Positions 1 through 9,374 of a stretch of 35,047 nt of DNA are shown in pieces (positions within the stretch are counted from its first letter, which is position 1; every line of letters starts with the position of its first letter). A program made the position numbers and the translations under genes. The stretch is from a virus (taxonomy: Duplodnaviria > Caudoviricetes): positions 1 to 35,047 of the IMG/VR virus record IMGVR_UViG_3300030493_000037. One strand, given 5' to 3'. Under the pieces are notes generated by a model. The model searched no databases. It was not told the DNA's origin and worked only from the letters and a program-made list of their open reading frames with translations.

Positions 1-2
1 AC

Positions 3-164
3 GAGCAGGACGACATCGGCCGGATCTCGTTCCCCGACCCGCAGGCGCTGAGACATCCCCGGCCCGAGCCGGATCTCCGGGCGGTTCGGTCGTTCTTCGG
101 ATGGAGCCCGGTCAGCGGGTTCGAAGTGGCGGTTGAAGTCGGAAAAGTTTCTGGAGGGATTTGA
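3..164 (+). CDS. 3' end of a conserved phage virion-module hypothetical protein (partial)
   Basis: Open frame from the window edge: EQDDIGRISFPDPQALRHPRPEPD...GGI*. The DPQALRxPRP motif is typical of a small gene near the adaptor in this podovirus type. Confidence 0.7.
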   Translation, partial: EQDDIGRISFPDPQALRHPRPEPDLRAVRSFFGWSPVSGFEVAVEVGKVSGGI

Positions 165-166
165 AC

Positions 167-559
167 ATGAGAACCAAACTACTGGTGCTGGCGATTCTGC
201 TGCTGGTCCTGCCGTGCGCAGCGCAGACGCCCCGCGTCATCACGGCGACGATTGCGGCGGGCGGGAGCCTGTCGGATGCCGTGAACTTTCAAGGGTGTAC
301 CGTCGCGCGAATGAGCATTTCGGCGATGGACAGCAGTGCCGTCCTGACATTCCAGGCCAGCATGGGCGGCACGGTATTCAGGGAGCGGGAAGATTTTTAT
401 CGTGGCGTCGTCACTTTCCCCGCTTCGACAGGCAACCTCAGCGTAGACCTTCCACCGGATCAGTGGTACGCGATGCAGTGGCTGAAGGTGCGGAGCGGAA
501 CGTCCGGCTCTCCCGTCACTCAGGCGACCGCCGTGACCATTAGTTTCGCGTGCAGGTAA
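167..559 (+). CDS. Small beta-rich virion-module protein with N-terminal signal peptide
   Basis: GGAGG at 153-157, ATG at 167. MRTKLLVLAILLLVLPCAA|Q signal peptide, then ATIAAGGSLSDAV...LTFQAS beta-rich body. Confidence 0.8.
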   Translation: MRTKLLVLAILLLVLPCAAQTPRVITATIAAGGSLSDAVNFQGCTVARMSISAMDSSAVLTFQASMGGTVFREREDFYRGVVTFPASTGNLSVDLPPDQWYAMQWLKVRSGTSGSPVTQATAVTISFACR

Positions 560-568
560 GGAGCGGCC

Positions 569-1081
569 ATGAAAAAGTTTCGACTCCCAACGAGGATGGC
601 TGGCGGTGGCGGCGTGACTGGTGCCCCCCAATTCACACCGTCTTGGCAGCAGCCTAACCAGCCATCGAATCAAGGGGGGATGGTCAATCCGGCTGATTTT
701 GCTTATGCGCCGGCGGCTACTCCTTCCGCCCCGCAAGGCATGGCGCCTTCATCGGCACCGATGCCGGGCCAGTCCCCCTCTGATTTGATGCAGGCTCAGC
801 GCCAGTTCGACCCGAGGATGACGCAAGGATTCATGCCGCAGAAGCGCCGATCGTGGCAGGACTATGCCGGCGACGTACTGAGCGGTGGCGGGATCGGGGC
901 GTTGATAGGTGGGGCTGGTGGATCTGCGCTTGGCGGTGGCGTGGCCGCAGGGCTCGTGACGGCCATCAAGGAAATTCTCAAAGCCAAGAGCGCCAAGAAA
1001 TCAACCGTCGTGAAAGCAAAAAAGGGCGGTCCCGTGAAGAAGGCGAAGGGCGGACCGATCAGGAAAAAGAAGGGCTGCTGA
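569..1081 (+). CDS. Pro/Gln-rich protein with Gly-rich hydrophobic segment and Lys-rich KGG tail
   Basis: AAGGAG RBS upstream. C-terminus KAKKGGPVKKAKGGPIRKKKGC. Confidence 0.75.
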   Translation: MKKFRLPTRMAGGGGVTGAPQFTPSWQQPNQPSNQGGMVNPADFAYAPAATPSAPQGMAPSSAPMPGQSPSDLMQAQRQFDPRMTQGFMPQKRRSWQDYAGDVLSGGGIGALIGGAGGSALGGGVAAGLVTAIKEILKAKSAKKSTVVKAKKGGPVKKAKGGPIRKKKGC

Positions 1082-1082
1082 C

Positions 1083-1709
1083 GTGACCTACTCCGAACTG
1101 GCTGCGGCAATTCAGGACTGGGCCGAAAACGACGAAGCCAACTTCGTAGCAAACATTCCGACAATCGTGCGAAAGGCGGAGAACCGGATCAGCACGGCGG
1201 TTCGCGTACCGGATTCGAAAAAGTCGTTTTCGGACAACCTCGTAGTGGGCACGGCCACGGTCCCCGCTCCGACCGGGATGCTCTACGTCAACGAGTTCAT
1301 GGTGACGCTCTCGACGGGCGCGCGGTTCCTGAAGCGGCGCGACCTGAGCTATCTGCGAGAGGCATTCCCTCTGCTTGTAAACGGGTCGCCGGAATACTAC
1401 GCTTTTGCGGACGACGACACCCTGACGATCTGCCCGCCGCCGGCTGGGACGTACCCCTACACGATCGAGTACATGGCGATGCCCCAGTCGATTGTCGATC
1501 TGGAGACGACCTGGCTGGGCGACAACGCCTCCAGCGTGCTGCTCGACGCCTGCCTGATTGAGGCGGCCGTGTTCATGAAGCAGCCACCCGAAGAGATTAT
1601 CGCGATGGAAGGCCTGCTCAAGGAAAAACTGATGGACCTCCGCGTGATCCGCGAGGGGCGCGTCCTGAAGGACACCTACCGCAAGCCCGATACGCGGATG
1701 GAGGTTTGA
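1083..1709 (+). CDS. Head-tail adaptor (tail tubular protein A-like)
   Basis: MTYSELAAAIQDWAEN...AENRI, GSPEYYA, TTWLGDNA..VLLDACLIEA motifs; size and position fit. Confidence 0.75.
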   Translation: MTYSELAAAIQDWAENDEANFVANIPTIVRKAENRISTAVRVPDSKKSFSDNLVVGTATVPAPTGMLYVNEFMVTLSTGARFLKRRDLSYLREAFPLLVNGSPEYYAFADDDTLTICPPPAGTYPYTIEYMAMPQSIVDLETTWLGDNASSVLLDACLIEAAVFMKQPPEEIIAMEGLLKEKLMDLRVIREGRVLKDTYRKPDTRMEV

Positions 1710-1745
1710 CGTGGGCAAGCCTGATACCCGGATGGAGGTTTGACG
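1681..1745 (+). repeat. 31-bp direct duplication (29/31 identical) of the gene end plus RBS
   Basis: GCAAGCCCGATACGCGGATGGAGGTTTGACG (1681-1711) and GCAAGCCTGATACCCGGATGGAGGTTTGACG (1715-1745). Confidence 0.95.
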
Positions 1746-2198
1746 ATGGCATTCACTGGCAGCTACATCTGCGACTCGTTCCTGGCTGAAATCCTTGCGG
1801 CCGTCCACGACTTCACCGTCACAACCGGCCACACGTTCAAAATCGCGCTCTATGCCAACACGGCGACGTTGGACGAAACCACGACCGCCTACACGGCAAC
1901 AGGGGAGATCGTGTTCGCCGGGTACACGGCGGGCGGCGCGGATCTCTCGTCGAACGGGGTTGCCCTCGGGTCCGTATCGGGGCAGATCGGGAAAACGGCC
2001 TATGTGGATTTCGATGACGTCTCATGGTCTGGCGATTTCACTGGGGTTCGCGGGGCACTGATTTACAATTCGACGGCCGCGGGCAATCCGGCGGTGGCGG
2101 TGCTGGACTTCGGACTTGATAAGGCCTCAGTGGCGTCGACGTTCCAAGTTCAGTTTCCAGCCGCTGATCCATCGCTGGCCGTTGTGAGGTTTCACTAA
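1746..2198 (+). CDS. Conserved phage virion/tail-associated protein
   Basis: MAFTGSYICDSF...HDF...TFKIALY...YTAGG...AYVDFDD...RGALIYN...AVAVLDFG pattern. GGAGG precedes ATG 1746. Confidence 0.8.
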   Translation: MAFTGSYICDSFLAEILAAVHDFTVTTGHTFKIALYANTATLDETTTAYTATGEIVFAGYTAGGADLSSNGVALGSVSGQIGKTAYVDFDDVSWSGDFTGVRGALIYNSTAAGNPAVAVLDFGLDKASVASTFQVQFPAADPSLAVVRFH

Positions 2199-3763
2199 TG
2201 CCGAGCACATACACTGACGGGCTGGGTCTTGAACTGATCCCGACCGGCGAACAGGCCGGGTCGTGGGGCGCGACACTGAACGCCACGATTGGGTTCCTTG
2301 AGGCGGCCATCGGCGGCTATACCAGTATCGAACTGTCGGGCACCACCTACGCGCTCACAGTGTCGGACGGCGTTACAAGTGTCGCGCGCAACAGGGTAAT
2401 CCGGTTCTATGGTTCGCCGGGCGGGGCCTGCACTGTGACGGTCGCACCGAACAACGGGGCGCGGTTCTTCCTCGTCGTGAATGCGTGCGATGAGACCGTC
2501 ATCCTAGGGCAAGGCACGGGCGCGACCGCAACGGTGCCCGTTGGAAAATCGGCACTGATCTACTGCGACGGAGCCGGCGCGGGCGCGGCGGTCTACAACG
2601 CTCTCGACAACCTTTCGCTCGCCACGCTCACAGCATCCGGCGCCGTAGTTATTGGCGGGGCGCTCTCTGTCACCGGGGTAGCCAGCGCGGCGACTCCCAC
2701 GGTCGCGGGCAACTTGGCGACCAAGGGCTACGTCGACACAGTGGCAGGCGGGTTAGCAAGTTTGACAGGATCGTATGCCAACCCGGCGTGGATCATGTCG
2801 CTCGCTAACTCCAAAATCGCCGGCTTGGCGGCTTCGGCTACGACCGACACGACCAACGCGACCAATATCACGACCGGCAGCCTTGGGCTGGCTCGCATCG
2901 CGCAGGGCGCGGCCACGGCAGGGCAGGCTCTGGCCTGGAACGAAACGGTTTGGGCTCCTCTCACGCTGGCGGCTTCGGCCACGGTGGATACGAGGAACGC
3001 ATCGAATATCAACTCCGGGTCGCTGGCACTCGCTCGAATCGCACAAAGCGGCGCGACGATGGGGCAGGTTTTGAAGTGGGACGGTTCCGCGTGGGCGCCG
3101 TCGGCCGACCTGACGGGCGAGTCGGGAACCGAGACTGTGGCGTGGGGGAACATCACCGGGACGCTGGGAGACCAAAGCGATTTGGCCTCAGCCCTCAGTG
3201 GAAAGGCAAGCTCAACGCACACTCACGCGCTGCCCACCATCGCGATTTCCGATGTGACCGGGTTGCAGACGGCGCTCGACGGCAAGGCCGCGACATCCCA
3301 CACCCAAGCCATCAGCACAATCACCGGGCTACAAACGGCGCTAGACGGGAAAGCGGCTTCATCGCATACCCATACCGAGTCTGATCTGAGTGGGTCGCTC
3401 TCGCTCTCCAAGTTGGCGCAGGGCGGGGCTACGACGGGCCAGTACCTGAGATGGAGCGGGTCGGCGTGGGCTCCGGCCACCAACACGGCGACGGTCGCGT
3501 GGGGCGCGATTACGGGCAGCATCAGCGGGCAGACAGACCTTTTTAACGCCTTAGCCGACAAAGCGGCAGCAGCCCACACGCACACGACAGATCAAGTGTT
3601 TTACGCCGGGGCGGTGTTGACGACCTACCTGAACGGATTGGCTGCACACAACCACAGCATAGGGTTTGGAACAACGAATCTCCAGTACAAAGACTGGTCT
3701 GGAAACAATCAGACTCTGACGGTTGTAACGTCAGTGGATTTGCGGACTGGGTACATGGGGTAA
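2198..3763 (+). CDS. Tail fibre protein (no signal peptide)
   Basis: MPSTYT.LGLELI.TGEQAG.WG N-terminal anchor; ATKGYVD motif; three AQxGAT.GQ.L.W-like repeats; HxH / GLQTALDGKA fibre repeats. TAATG coupling to the upstream gene. Confidence 0.8.
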   Translation: MPSTYTDGLGLELIPTGEQAGSWGATLNATIGFLEAAIGGYTSIELSGTTYALTVSDGVTSVARNRVIRFYGSPGGACTVTVAPNNGARFFLVVNACDETVILGQGTGATATVPVGKSALIYCDGAGAGAAVYNALDNLSLATLTASGAVVIGGALSVTGVASAATPTVAGNLATKGYVDTVAGGLASLTGSYANPAWIMSLANSKIAGLAASATTDTTNATNITTGSLGLARIAQGAATAGQALAWNETVWAPLTLAASATVDTRNASNINSGSLALARIAQSGATMGQVLKWDGSAWAPSADLTGESGTETVAWGNITGTLGDQSDLASALSGKASSTHTHALPTIAISDVTGLQTALDGKAATSHTQAISTITGLQTALDGKAASSHTHTESDLSGSLSLSKLAQGGATTGQYLRWSGSAWAPATNTATVAWGAITGSISGQTDLFNALADKAAAAHTHTTDQVFYAGAVLTTYLNGLAAHNHSIGFGTTNLQYKDWSGNNQTLTVVTSVDLRTGYMG

Positions 3764-3773
3764 GGCCTAGACC

Positions 3774-5600
3774 ATGCCTCTCAAGAAATTCATCTTCCGG
3801 CCTGGGATCGTGCGGGACGCGACCGACTACGCCAATGCGGGCGGGTGGTACGACTGCAACAACGTCCGGTTCAGGTCTGGATTTCCTGAGAGCATCGGCG
3901 GGTGGGTCAAGGATTCGATCTCTGAATACATCGGGACGTGCCGGTCAATTCACACTTGGATGGCGCTGGACCGCGGCGCCTACGCTGGCTGCGGGACGAA
4001 TCTCAAGTTCTACATCTACTACGGGTCGAAGTTCTACGATGTCACACCGTTTCGACGTAGCGTGACGCTGCCGGATGACTCCCTGATGAGCGTGGCCGCC
4101 GGGAGCGGGCTCATCACCATCACCGATGCCGGGCACGGGGCGAAGGCGGGCGATTACGTCACGATCTCCGGCGCCACCGGATTTGATGGAATCGCGGCTG
4201 CGGACATCAACAAAGAACACATCATCTACATGGTCGGCAGCGTCGACGGCTACCAGATCCTGACCAATGGCGTGGCGACGGCGGGCAGCGTGGCCGGCGG
4301 AGACGCGGCGACGGTCGTGAGTTACGATCTCGGCGTGGGGCTGGCTGACTTTGTGAGTGGGGAAGGGTGGGGTGCGGGGCCTTACGGATTGGCACCCTAT
4401 GGCACGGCGTCCAGCATCGGAGCGACCAGCAACCAACTGCGGACATGGAGCCAAGGCGACTTCGGCGAGGATCTTCTGGCGGCTCCGAACGACGGTGCGA
4501 TCTACTACTGGGACAAGAGCGGCGGCTTGGCGGCCCGCATGGTCAACCTCACCAGTTTGGCGGGCGCGTCGGACGTCCCCACGATCACGGCTCTGGTCGG
4601 CGTGTCCTACCTGGACCGGCACGTCGTCGCCTTCGGTTGCAACCCGATCGGTTCAGCCGTTGCGGACCCGCTCATGGTGCGGTGGTCCTCGCAAGAGAGC
4701 CTGGTCGACTGGACGCCCAAGGCCGACAACACGGCCGGCTACTACCGCCTATCGGTCGGGTCGAGAATCGTGGCATCGAAGTTCTCGAAGAACGAGACGA
4801 TCATCTGGACGGATTCGGGCCTCTACTCCATGCGGTTCGTCGGGCCGCCCTACACGTTTTCGTTCGAACTGATTTCGGCCGCGACCACGATTATCTCAAC
4901 GAACTCCGTTGTGGCCGCGAACAACATGATCTTCTGGATGGGCGACGGCGGTTTTTACGTTTACACCGGGCGCGTCGACCCGCTGCCTTGTCCAATTCGC
5001 GACTACATTTTCAGCGGCATGAACGCCGACCAGAAGGCAAAGATCGTGGCCGGGAAGATCCTCAAGTTCAACGAGATCATCTGGTTCTACCCGAGCGAAG
5101 CAGCCGCCGAAAACGACCGTTACGTCCTGTTCAACACGGTCGACAACGTGTGGTCTTACGGTCGCGTGTCCAGGACGGCCTGGGCCGATTCGGTCGACAG
5201 CGGGAAAATCTTCGGCGCGGCGGCCGGGACGATGTACCTCCATGAAGTCGGGTGCGATGCGGACGGCGCCGTGCTGTCGTCCTACGTGGAGTCCTCCGAT
5301 TTCGATCTCGAGGACGGGGAGCGATTCTGTTTCGTCGATGCCGTGATTCCGGACGTGGAGTTTCGCGGCACGGCCGACATCGACACTCAGATGGTGGACG
5401 TGGTGGTGAGCCATCGTAACGCACCGGGCGGGGCGAAGAAGCCAGCGCAGTTCACAGTCTACGCGAACGGCAGCGAAGCCAAGAAAAACGTGCGGCTTCG
5501 GAACAGGCAGATGGCGATCAAGGTGGAAAACATCACGCCCGGCACAGCTTGGCGGGTTGGCGCGATTCGAGTGCGGCTTCAAGAGGATGGCCGGCGATGA
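3774..5600 (+). CDS. Tail nozzle / packaged-DNA stabilization protein (P22 gp10 / tail tubular B-like)
   Basis: 608 aa. RPGI.RD.T.YAN.GGWYDC..VRFR.G.PE.IGGW N-terminus; VRWSSQE, IIWTD, FWMG, EIIWFYPS, RTAW.D propeller-type motifs. Confidence 0.8.
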   Translation: MPLKKFIFRPGIVRDATDYANAGGWYDCNNVRFRSGFPESIGGWVKDSISEYIGTCRSIHTWMALDRGAYAGCGTNLKFYIYYGSKFYDVTPFRRSVTLPDDSLMSVAAGSGLITITDAGHGAKAGDYVTISGATGFDGIAAADINKEHIIYMVGSVDGYQILTNGVATAGSVAGGDAATVVSYDLGVGLADFVSGEGWGAGPYGLAPYGTASSIGATSNQLRTWSQGDFGEDLLAAPNDGAIYYWDKSGGLAARMVNLTSLAGASDVPTITALVGVSYLDRHVVAFGCNPIGSAVADPLMVRWSSQESLVDWTPKADNTAGYYRLSVGSRIVASKFSKNETIIWTDSGLYSMRFVGPPYTFSFELISAATTIISTNSVVAANNMIFWMGDGGFYVYTGRVDPLPCPIRDYIFSGMNADQKAKIVAGKILKFNEIIWFYPSEAAAENDRYVLFNTVDNVWSYGRVSRTAWADSVDSGKIFGAAAGTMYLHEVGCDADGAVLSSYVESSDFDLEDGERFCFVDAVIPDVEFRGTADIDTQMVDVVVSHRNAPGGAKKPAQFTVYANGSEAKKNVRLRNRQMAIKVENITPGTAWRVGAIRVRLQEDGRR

Positions 5601-5884
5601 TCGAGAAAAAGTGCGCACCCCCGACGCTTGGAACCACCAGCGGCCCGCACGCCCTGACCGACATCCTGCGAATCCTTGCGTCGGTCATCGGCGATCTGTA
5701 CACGGCGCAACGGGCGAAACTGACGGGACTGCGATTTGTCCGCTACGACCGAAGCGGCGCAGGCCTGGGGGACGGCGAAGTGTGGGTTGACGAGAACGGG
5801 ATGTTGAGGATGGTCGTGCCGCAGATCGCGCACGCGCCATCGTTTGAGATTCAGTCGGCGTTGGGAACGGTAGTCACGACGTAG
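5597..5884 (+). CDS. Small hypothetical tail-associated protein
   Basis: ATGA overlap with the upstream stop; GLGDGEVWVDENGMLRMV motif. Confidence 0.65.
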   Translation: MIEKKCAPPTLGTTSGPHALTDILRILASVIGDLYTAQRAKLTGLRFVRYDRSGAGLGDGEVWVDENGMLRMVVPQIAHAPSFEIQSALGTVVTT

Positions 5885-5894
5885 AGGAGATGAT

Positions 5895-6635
5895 ATGGGA
5901 CTCGAATGGGCAGTTCTTGGACCGATTCTGGCGAAGGCGGCTATCGGTGGCGGAGTCGCGGCGGCTTCAAGCGCGGCGGCGGCAAAACTTGCCGGCGGCT
6001 CGGAGAAGAATAACACCGCCACCTCCGCGTCGGCGCAGCAGTCCCTTCAGAACTTCAACAACGCGCAGGCCTACACGCCCATCATAGACCGGCGATACAA
6101 CCCGGCGCCGCAGGGCTACAGGCCCGGAATCGACCCGGAGCACAAGTTCTTTACGGACGTCGTGACGGGCTACAAACCCATGATTCAGGGCATGGCGGCC
6201 GGGGGGCCCGTCGTAACGGACGAGGAGATCGGCCAACAGATTGTCGCCGATGCGGCCGACGCTCTCCGAGGCAAGGGGCGCGATCCGCAGGGCGCGATCA
6301 ACGATTTCGTGAACTACTTCGGGATGGAGGAATACCTCGACTTCCGACAGAAGGTTATCGGTCAAGGAGGAATGTCCAACGAAGCCCGACAGCCAGGACT
6401 TGTTTCTGGACCAGGCGGCGGACTGGACGATCAAGTCCCGGCTCGGTCACCGAGTCGGGACATCCTCCTCAGCGATGGCGAGTTTGTGGTTCCTGCCGAT
6501 GTGGTCAGCGGCCTCGGCGACGGGTCAACGGCGGCCGGGGCGAAACGGATCGAACAGATGATGGACGAGGTTCGGCAGAAGCGTACCGGCAAGAGGGCAC
6601 AGCCTAAGAAGGTCGGCGGAGAGGTACTTCCGTAG
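5895..6635 (+). CDS. Internal virion (ejection-module) protein with GPG..D.VPA.LSDGEFVVPADVV domain
   Basis: GAGGAG RBS; Ala/Gly-rich hydrophobic N-terminus; conserved C-terminal GEFV motif. Confidence 0.75.
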   Translation: MGLEWAVLGPILAKAAIGGGVAAASSAAAAKLAGGSEKNNTATSASAQQSLQNFNNAQAYTPIIDRRYNPAPQGYRPGIDPEHKFFTDVVTGYKPMIQGMAAGGPVVTDEEIGQQIVADAADALRGKGRDPQGAINDFVNYFGMEEYLDFRQKVIGQGGMSNEARQPGLVSGPGGGLDDQVPARSPSRDILLSDGEFVVPADVVSGLGDGSTAAGAKRIEQMMDEVRQKRTGKRAQPKKVGGEVLP

Positions 6636-7060
6636 TGCTGGATATTCGCAGGATCAACATCGAAATGATCCCCCACGTCTGGGAAGACGTTCGACCCCTG
6701 CTGAAAAAAGCGACCGATTTGAGTGGTGGCCGGTACGACGTCGACGACCTCCTGGATCCGCTGAATGCGGGGATGACGGAACTCTGGACGGTGGCGGATG
6801 ACAAGCTGCTCGCCGCGTTCATCACGGTGATCCAGCGGTTCCCGCGGAAGTCCGTCTTGTCGATTCCGATCATCGGCGGCGACGGGATGGCAGAGTGGCT
6901 GGTCCCCGGCCTCACAGCGATGGAAGCCTACGCCAAGGAAAACGGGTGCTCCATCCTCGAGGGCGGCGGCCGGCGGGCGTGGGCAAAGGTTCTAGCTGAA
7001 GCGGGATGGAAAACAGACCGTATTGTAATCGAGAAAGAGTTATCAAATGGCACTCACTGA
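6635..7060 (+). CDS. GNAT-fold virion assembly protein
   Basis: W..VRPLL..A, ELW, IIGG, AKENGC..LEG.GRRAW pattern; lies between the nozzle and ejection genes. Confidence 0.65.
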   Translation: MLDIRRINIEMIPHVWEDVRPLLKKATDLSGGRYDVDDLLDPLNAGMTELWTVADDKLLAAFITVIQRFPRKSVLSIPIIGGDGMAEWLVPGLTAMEAYAKENGCSILEGGGRRAWAKVLAEAGWKTDRIVIEKELSNGTH

Positions 7061-9359
7061 AACCGGACAAGTCCAGCAGACGAGCCAGATCCCTGAGTGG
7101 CTACGGAATATGTACTTGCAGATGCTCGCGTCTGCACAGCCCTACGTCTTCGGGACAGCCAGCAGGACGGACCTCCCTGTGGCTGGCGATCCGAACCTGA
7201 AGGATCCCGGCAAGAACAACGCGCCCGTGGATTCCGATGGTGTCAAGTGGTGGGGCGCGCGTCTGGGGCTGAATCTGAACGAGACGAACAACAGGCCCGC
7301 GTCCGAAACGGTTCGCGCTCCGATTTTCCAGGTATCGCAGGGCAGCGGAGCGCCGGCCACGCCTTCGCCCTACGTTGCCCCCTGGAATAGCCAGAAGCAG
7401 CAGACGCCGGGCTATCAGTCGCCGTGGCAGGCTCCCGTGACACCACCGCCCTACCAGCAGCCGGCACAGCAGCAGCCGTCGTTTGTTGGCGGACTTGCGC
7501 CGGGGCTGTCGAGCGGCAGCCAGCAGCAGCCCGGTCAGCAGACCAGCCAGCAGCCCAGCCAGCCGGGGATCCAGCAGCCGACCGTGCAGCCTCCGGTCAA
7601 TAAGGCGGTCATGCCGGCCAGCCCGTTCATGCCCGCTGGCAGCGCGTCGGTGTCCGGGCTCGATGGTTCGCGGACCAACGTGCCAGTGAACCCCATGCAC
7701 TACGCCTCAAACGAAGGGGCTCAATTCGCACAGGAACAACTTCAGCGGCTGTTTTTGAACCAGCAGTTGACGGCGGGCAGCATTTCGAACGATAGCCCGT
7801 TTTCATCTGGACCGGGCCAACAGGCCACGGTCGTGCGGCAGGGAACCGATCCCGGCTCCGGGCCGAACGCCGGGCTGGTGGCGAACCTCTACAAGACCAT
7901 GCCGAAGGACGTTGCGGATCAGATGATGCGCGACGAGATGAAACTGCTCGGCTGGAAGCGCGGCGGGCTTATCCAGGCGCTGGCGCAGGGCGGCGTCGTG
8001 GGAATGGCCGAAGGCGGATACCTGGACGAAACAGACCCCTACGCCGGTCCTGGGGCGGGCACCGGATCTACCACCACCGGAACCGATGTCACAGCGGGCG
8101 TTCCGGCCGGCGCCATCACCGGGCAGGCGGTCGGATCCTACACACCCTACCCCGGACAGCGGTACGGCGAGATGGGCGATTTGACCCAGATGTACCTCGC
8201 CGGAACCGAGCGGATGAATCAGGGACTGGTCGATCCTTACGTCGACGTTCGCAGTCCTGTCGAGATCAGCAACTTCGCGCTGGACAGGATGGCCGAAGGG
8301 TTCACGAACCCCGACATGGCCTACAACCAGCAGATTCGGAACTGGGCGCAGGAGACGCCGTTCAATTCGTATCAGGCCGGATCGTATGACCCGTCCGCCT
8401 ACACGGGCGAGAACATGATGGGCGGGACCGCCGGCGCACTCCAGGGCTACACCGGCGGGAACTACCAGGCTGTCGGGACAGGGAAATTCACGGACCCCGG
8501 CGTGGCGTCGGCCTACATGGACCCCTACGCCCAGAACGTCATCGACGTTCAGAAGCAGAAGGCGACCGAAGCCTACCGCGAGATGCTGCCTGCGATCGGC
8601 GCGAACGCGGTCCAGTCCGGAGCGTTCGGCGGCGGCCGCCACGGAATCGTGGAGGGGATGGCGAACCGCGAGTTCACCCGGAGTCTGGACGAGATCCAGA
8701 AGACCGGGACGCAGGACGCTTACCGGAACGCGCAGGAACAGTACGAGCGTGACCGCGGCGCGGGTCTCCAAGCGGCTCTGGCGAATCAGGCGCAGTACGG
8801 GCAGACTCAGGACCGGAACCTCGCCGGGCTCACTACCTTGAGCGGGCAGGGGCTTCAGGCGGCACTTCAGGCCGCAAACCTCAACGAACAGTCCCGGCAG
8901 TTCGGAGCGAACCTGACCGACCAAGGCCGCCAAGCGCAGTCGGGCCTCGACATGGAAGCCGCCAAGACGGCGGAGGGGATCCAGAGTTCGATCGTGAACT
9001 CGAACCTGAACGCGATGAACGCCAGGACGGGCGCGGCCCAGACGCTCATGAACGCGGGCGACCAGTACACGAACCAGACGCTGAATAGCCTCAACGCCCT
9101 GCGGTCGGCCGGAGCACAGGCCGACGCCTACAACCAGCAGTTCCTCGACTACGATTACCAGAACTTCCTCAACCAGCGGGACTACCCGCTGCAAATGATG
9201 AACTACTACTCCGGTCTGTTGAACGGCGTCCCGGCGCCGGTGTCGACGGAACAGTACACCTACGGTCAGCAGGCGAGCCCGTACTCCGGAATCCTCGGAC
9301 TCGCAACGGCGGGGCTGGGCGCGGTCGGAAGCTACTACAACAACAAGAGCGGCGGATAG
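7047..9359 (+). CDS. Internal virion / DNA ejection protein
   Basis: IPEWL, YMDPY.QNVID, A.QSGAFGGGRHGI.E and LDYDYQNFL.QRDYP motifs; Gln/Pro-rich; C-terminal hydrophobic Gly helix. Confidence 0.75.
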   Translation: MALTETGQVQQTSQIPEWLRNMYLQMLASAQPYVFGTASRTDLPVAGDPNLKDPGKNNAPVDSDGVKWWGARLGLNLNETNNRPASETVRAPIFQVSQGSGAPATPSPYVAPWNSQKQQTPGYQSPWQAPVTPPPYQQPAQQQPSFVGGLAPGLSSGSQQQPGQQTSQQPSQPGIQQPTVQPPVNKAVMPASPFMPAGSASVSGLDGSRTNVPVNPMHYASNEGAQFAQEQLQRLFLNQQLTAGSISNDSPFSSGPGQQATVVRQGTDPGSGPNAGLVANLYKTMPKDVADQMMRDEMKLLGWKRGGLIQALAQGGVVGMAEGGYLDETDPYAGPGAGTGSTTTGTDVTAGVPAGAITGQAVGSYTPYPGQRYGEMGDLTQMYLAGTERMNQGLVDPYVDVRSPVEISNFALDRMAEGFTNPDMAYNQQIRNWAQETPFNSYQAGSYDPSAYTGENMMGGTAGALQGYTGGNYQAVGTGKFTDPGVASAYMDPYAQNVIDVQKQKATEAYREMLPAIGANAVQSGAFGGGRHGIVEGMANREFTRSLDEIQKTGTQDAYRNAQEQYERDRGAGLQAALANQAQYGQTQDRNLAGLTTLSGQGLQAALQAANLNEQSRQFGANLTDQGRQAQSGLDMEAAKTAEGIQSSIVNSNLNAMNARTGAAQTLMNAGDQYTNQTLNSLNALRSAGAQADAYNQQFLDYDYQNFLNQRDYPLQMMNYYSGLLNGVPAPVSTEQYTYGQQASPYSGILGLATAGLGAVGSYYNNKSGG

Positions 9360-9374
9360 GGAAGAGGGGTATCC

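Noticed and set aside
2820-3590. Internal repeats in the tail fibre
   Set aside because: Standard fibre shaft repeats with HxH motifs, fully explained by the gene.
7803-9194. Long antisense ORFs (also 13390-14346, 26730-27746, 27842-28984 and others)
   Set aside because: They are shadows of GC-rich sense genes, with no motifs or RBS.
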